This document shows positions 63,957 through 64,000 of a DNA stretch of 64,000 nt, one piece after another. Source of the stretch: Planctomycetota bacterium (GTDB lineage Bacteria > Planctomycetota > UBA8108 > UBA1146 > JAJFFE01); NCBI GenBank assembly GCA_050246115.1, contig JBFWWP010000004.1, positions 98,521-162,520 on the forward strand, written 5' to 3'. Within the stretch, counting starts at the first letter, position 1. Each line of letters starts with the position of its first letter. Position numbers and translations under genes: made by a program. A model generated the notes under the pieces. The model saw only the letters and a list, made by a program, of their open reading frames with translations. It was not told where the DNA came from and did not search any database.

Positions 63957-64000
63957 ACTCCTCGTTAGACGCACTCCCGTTAGGCGCACTCCTCGTTAGA
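63957..64000. repeat. 15-16-bp tandem repeat (about 3 copies) upstream of serA
   Basis: ACTCCTCGTTAGACGC / ACTCCCGTTAGGCGC / ACTCCTCGTTAGA; it runs to the window edge. Confidence 0.7.

Overview
A 64-kb, GC-rich bacterial chromosomal window. It is most likely from a Planctomycetota lineage, inferred from a DUF1559-like prepilin protein with an H-X9-DG motif, prenyltransferase-like alpha-barrel/HEAT proteins, FHA proteins and Cys-rich dockerin-like tails. Core genes are metK, waaA, secA, pyrD, a DksA/TraR-family gene, xerD, purF, serA, oxyR, a thiolase, a P1B ATPase, an NtrC-like activator and an ECF sigma/anti-sigma/PDZ operon. They are interleaved with many exported proteins. The standout is a ~945-aa secreted protein (57752-60589, minus strand) made of 102 consecutive His-led octapeptides (H-D-P-x-x-S-x-x), with an 80-aa higher-order period and a C-terminal dockerin-like domain, encoded next to an unassigned lipoprotein. 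Five proteins in the window carry dockerin-like modules and one of them also has two cohesin-like domains, which suggests a non-cellulosomal extracellular assembly system. The window also holds three copies of a MITE-like element (179 bp when full length, TAA flanks) and two mosaic REP-like repeat patches. No rRNA, tRNA, CRISPR array or transposase gene was recognised. Start codons were adjusted by eye from the ORF track. All family assignments come from motif recognition, not database searches.
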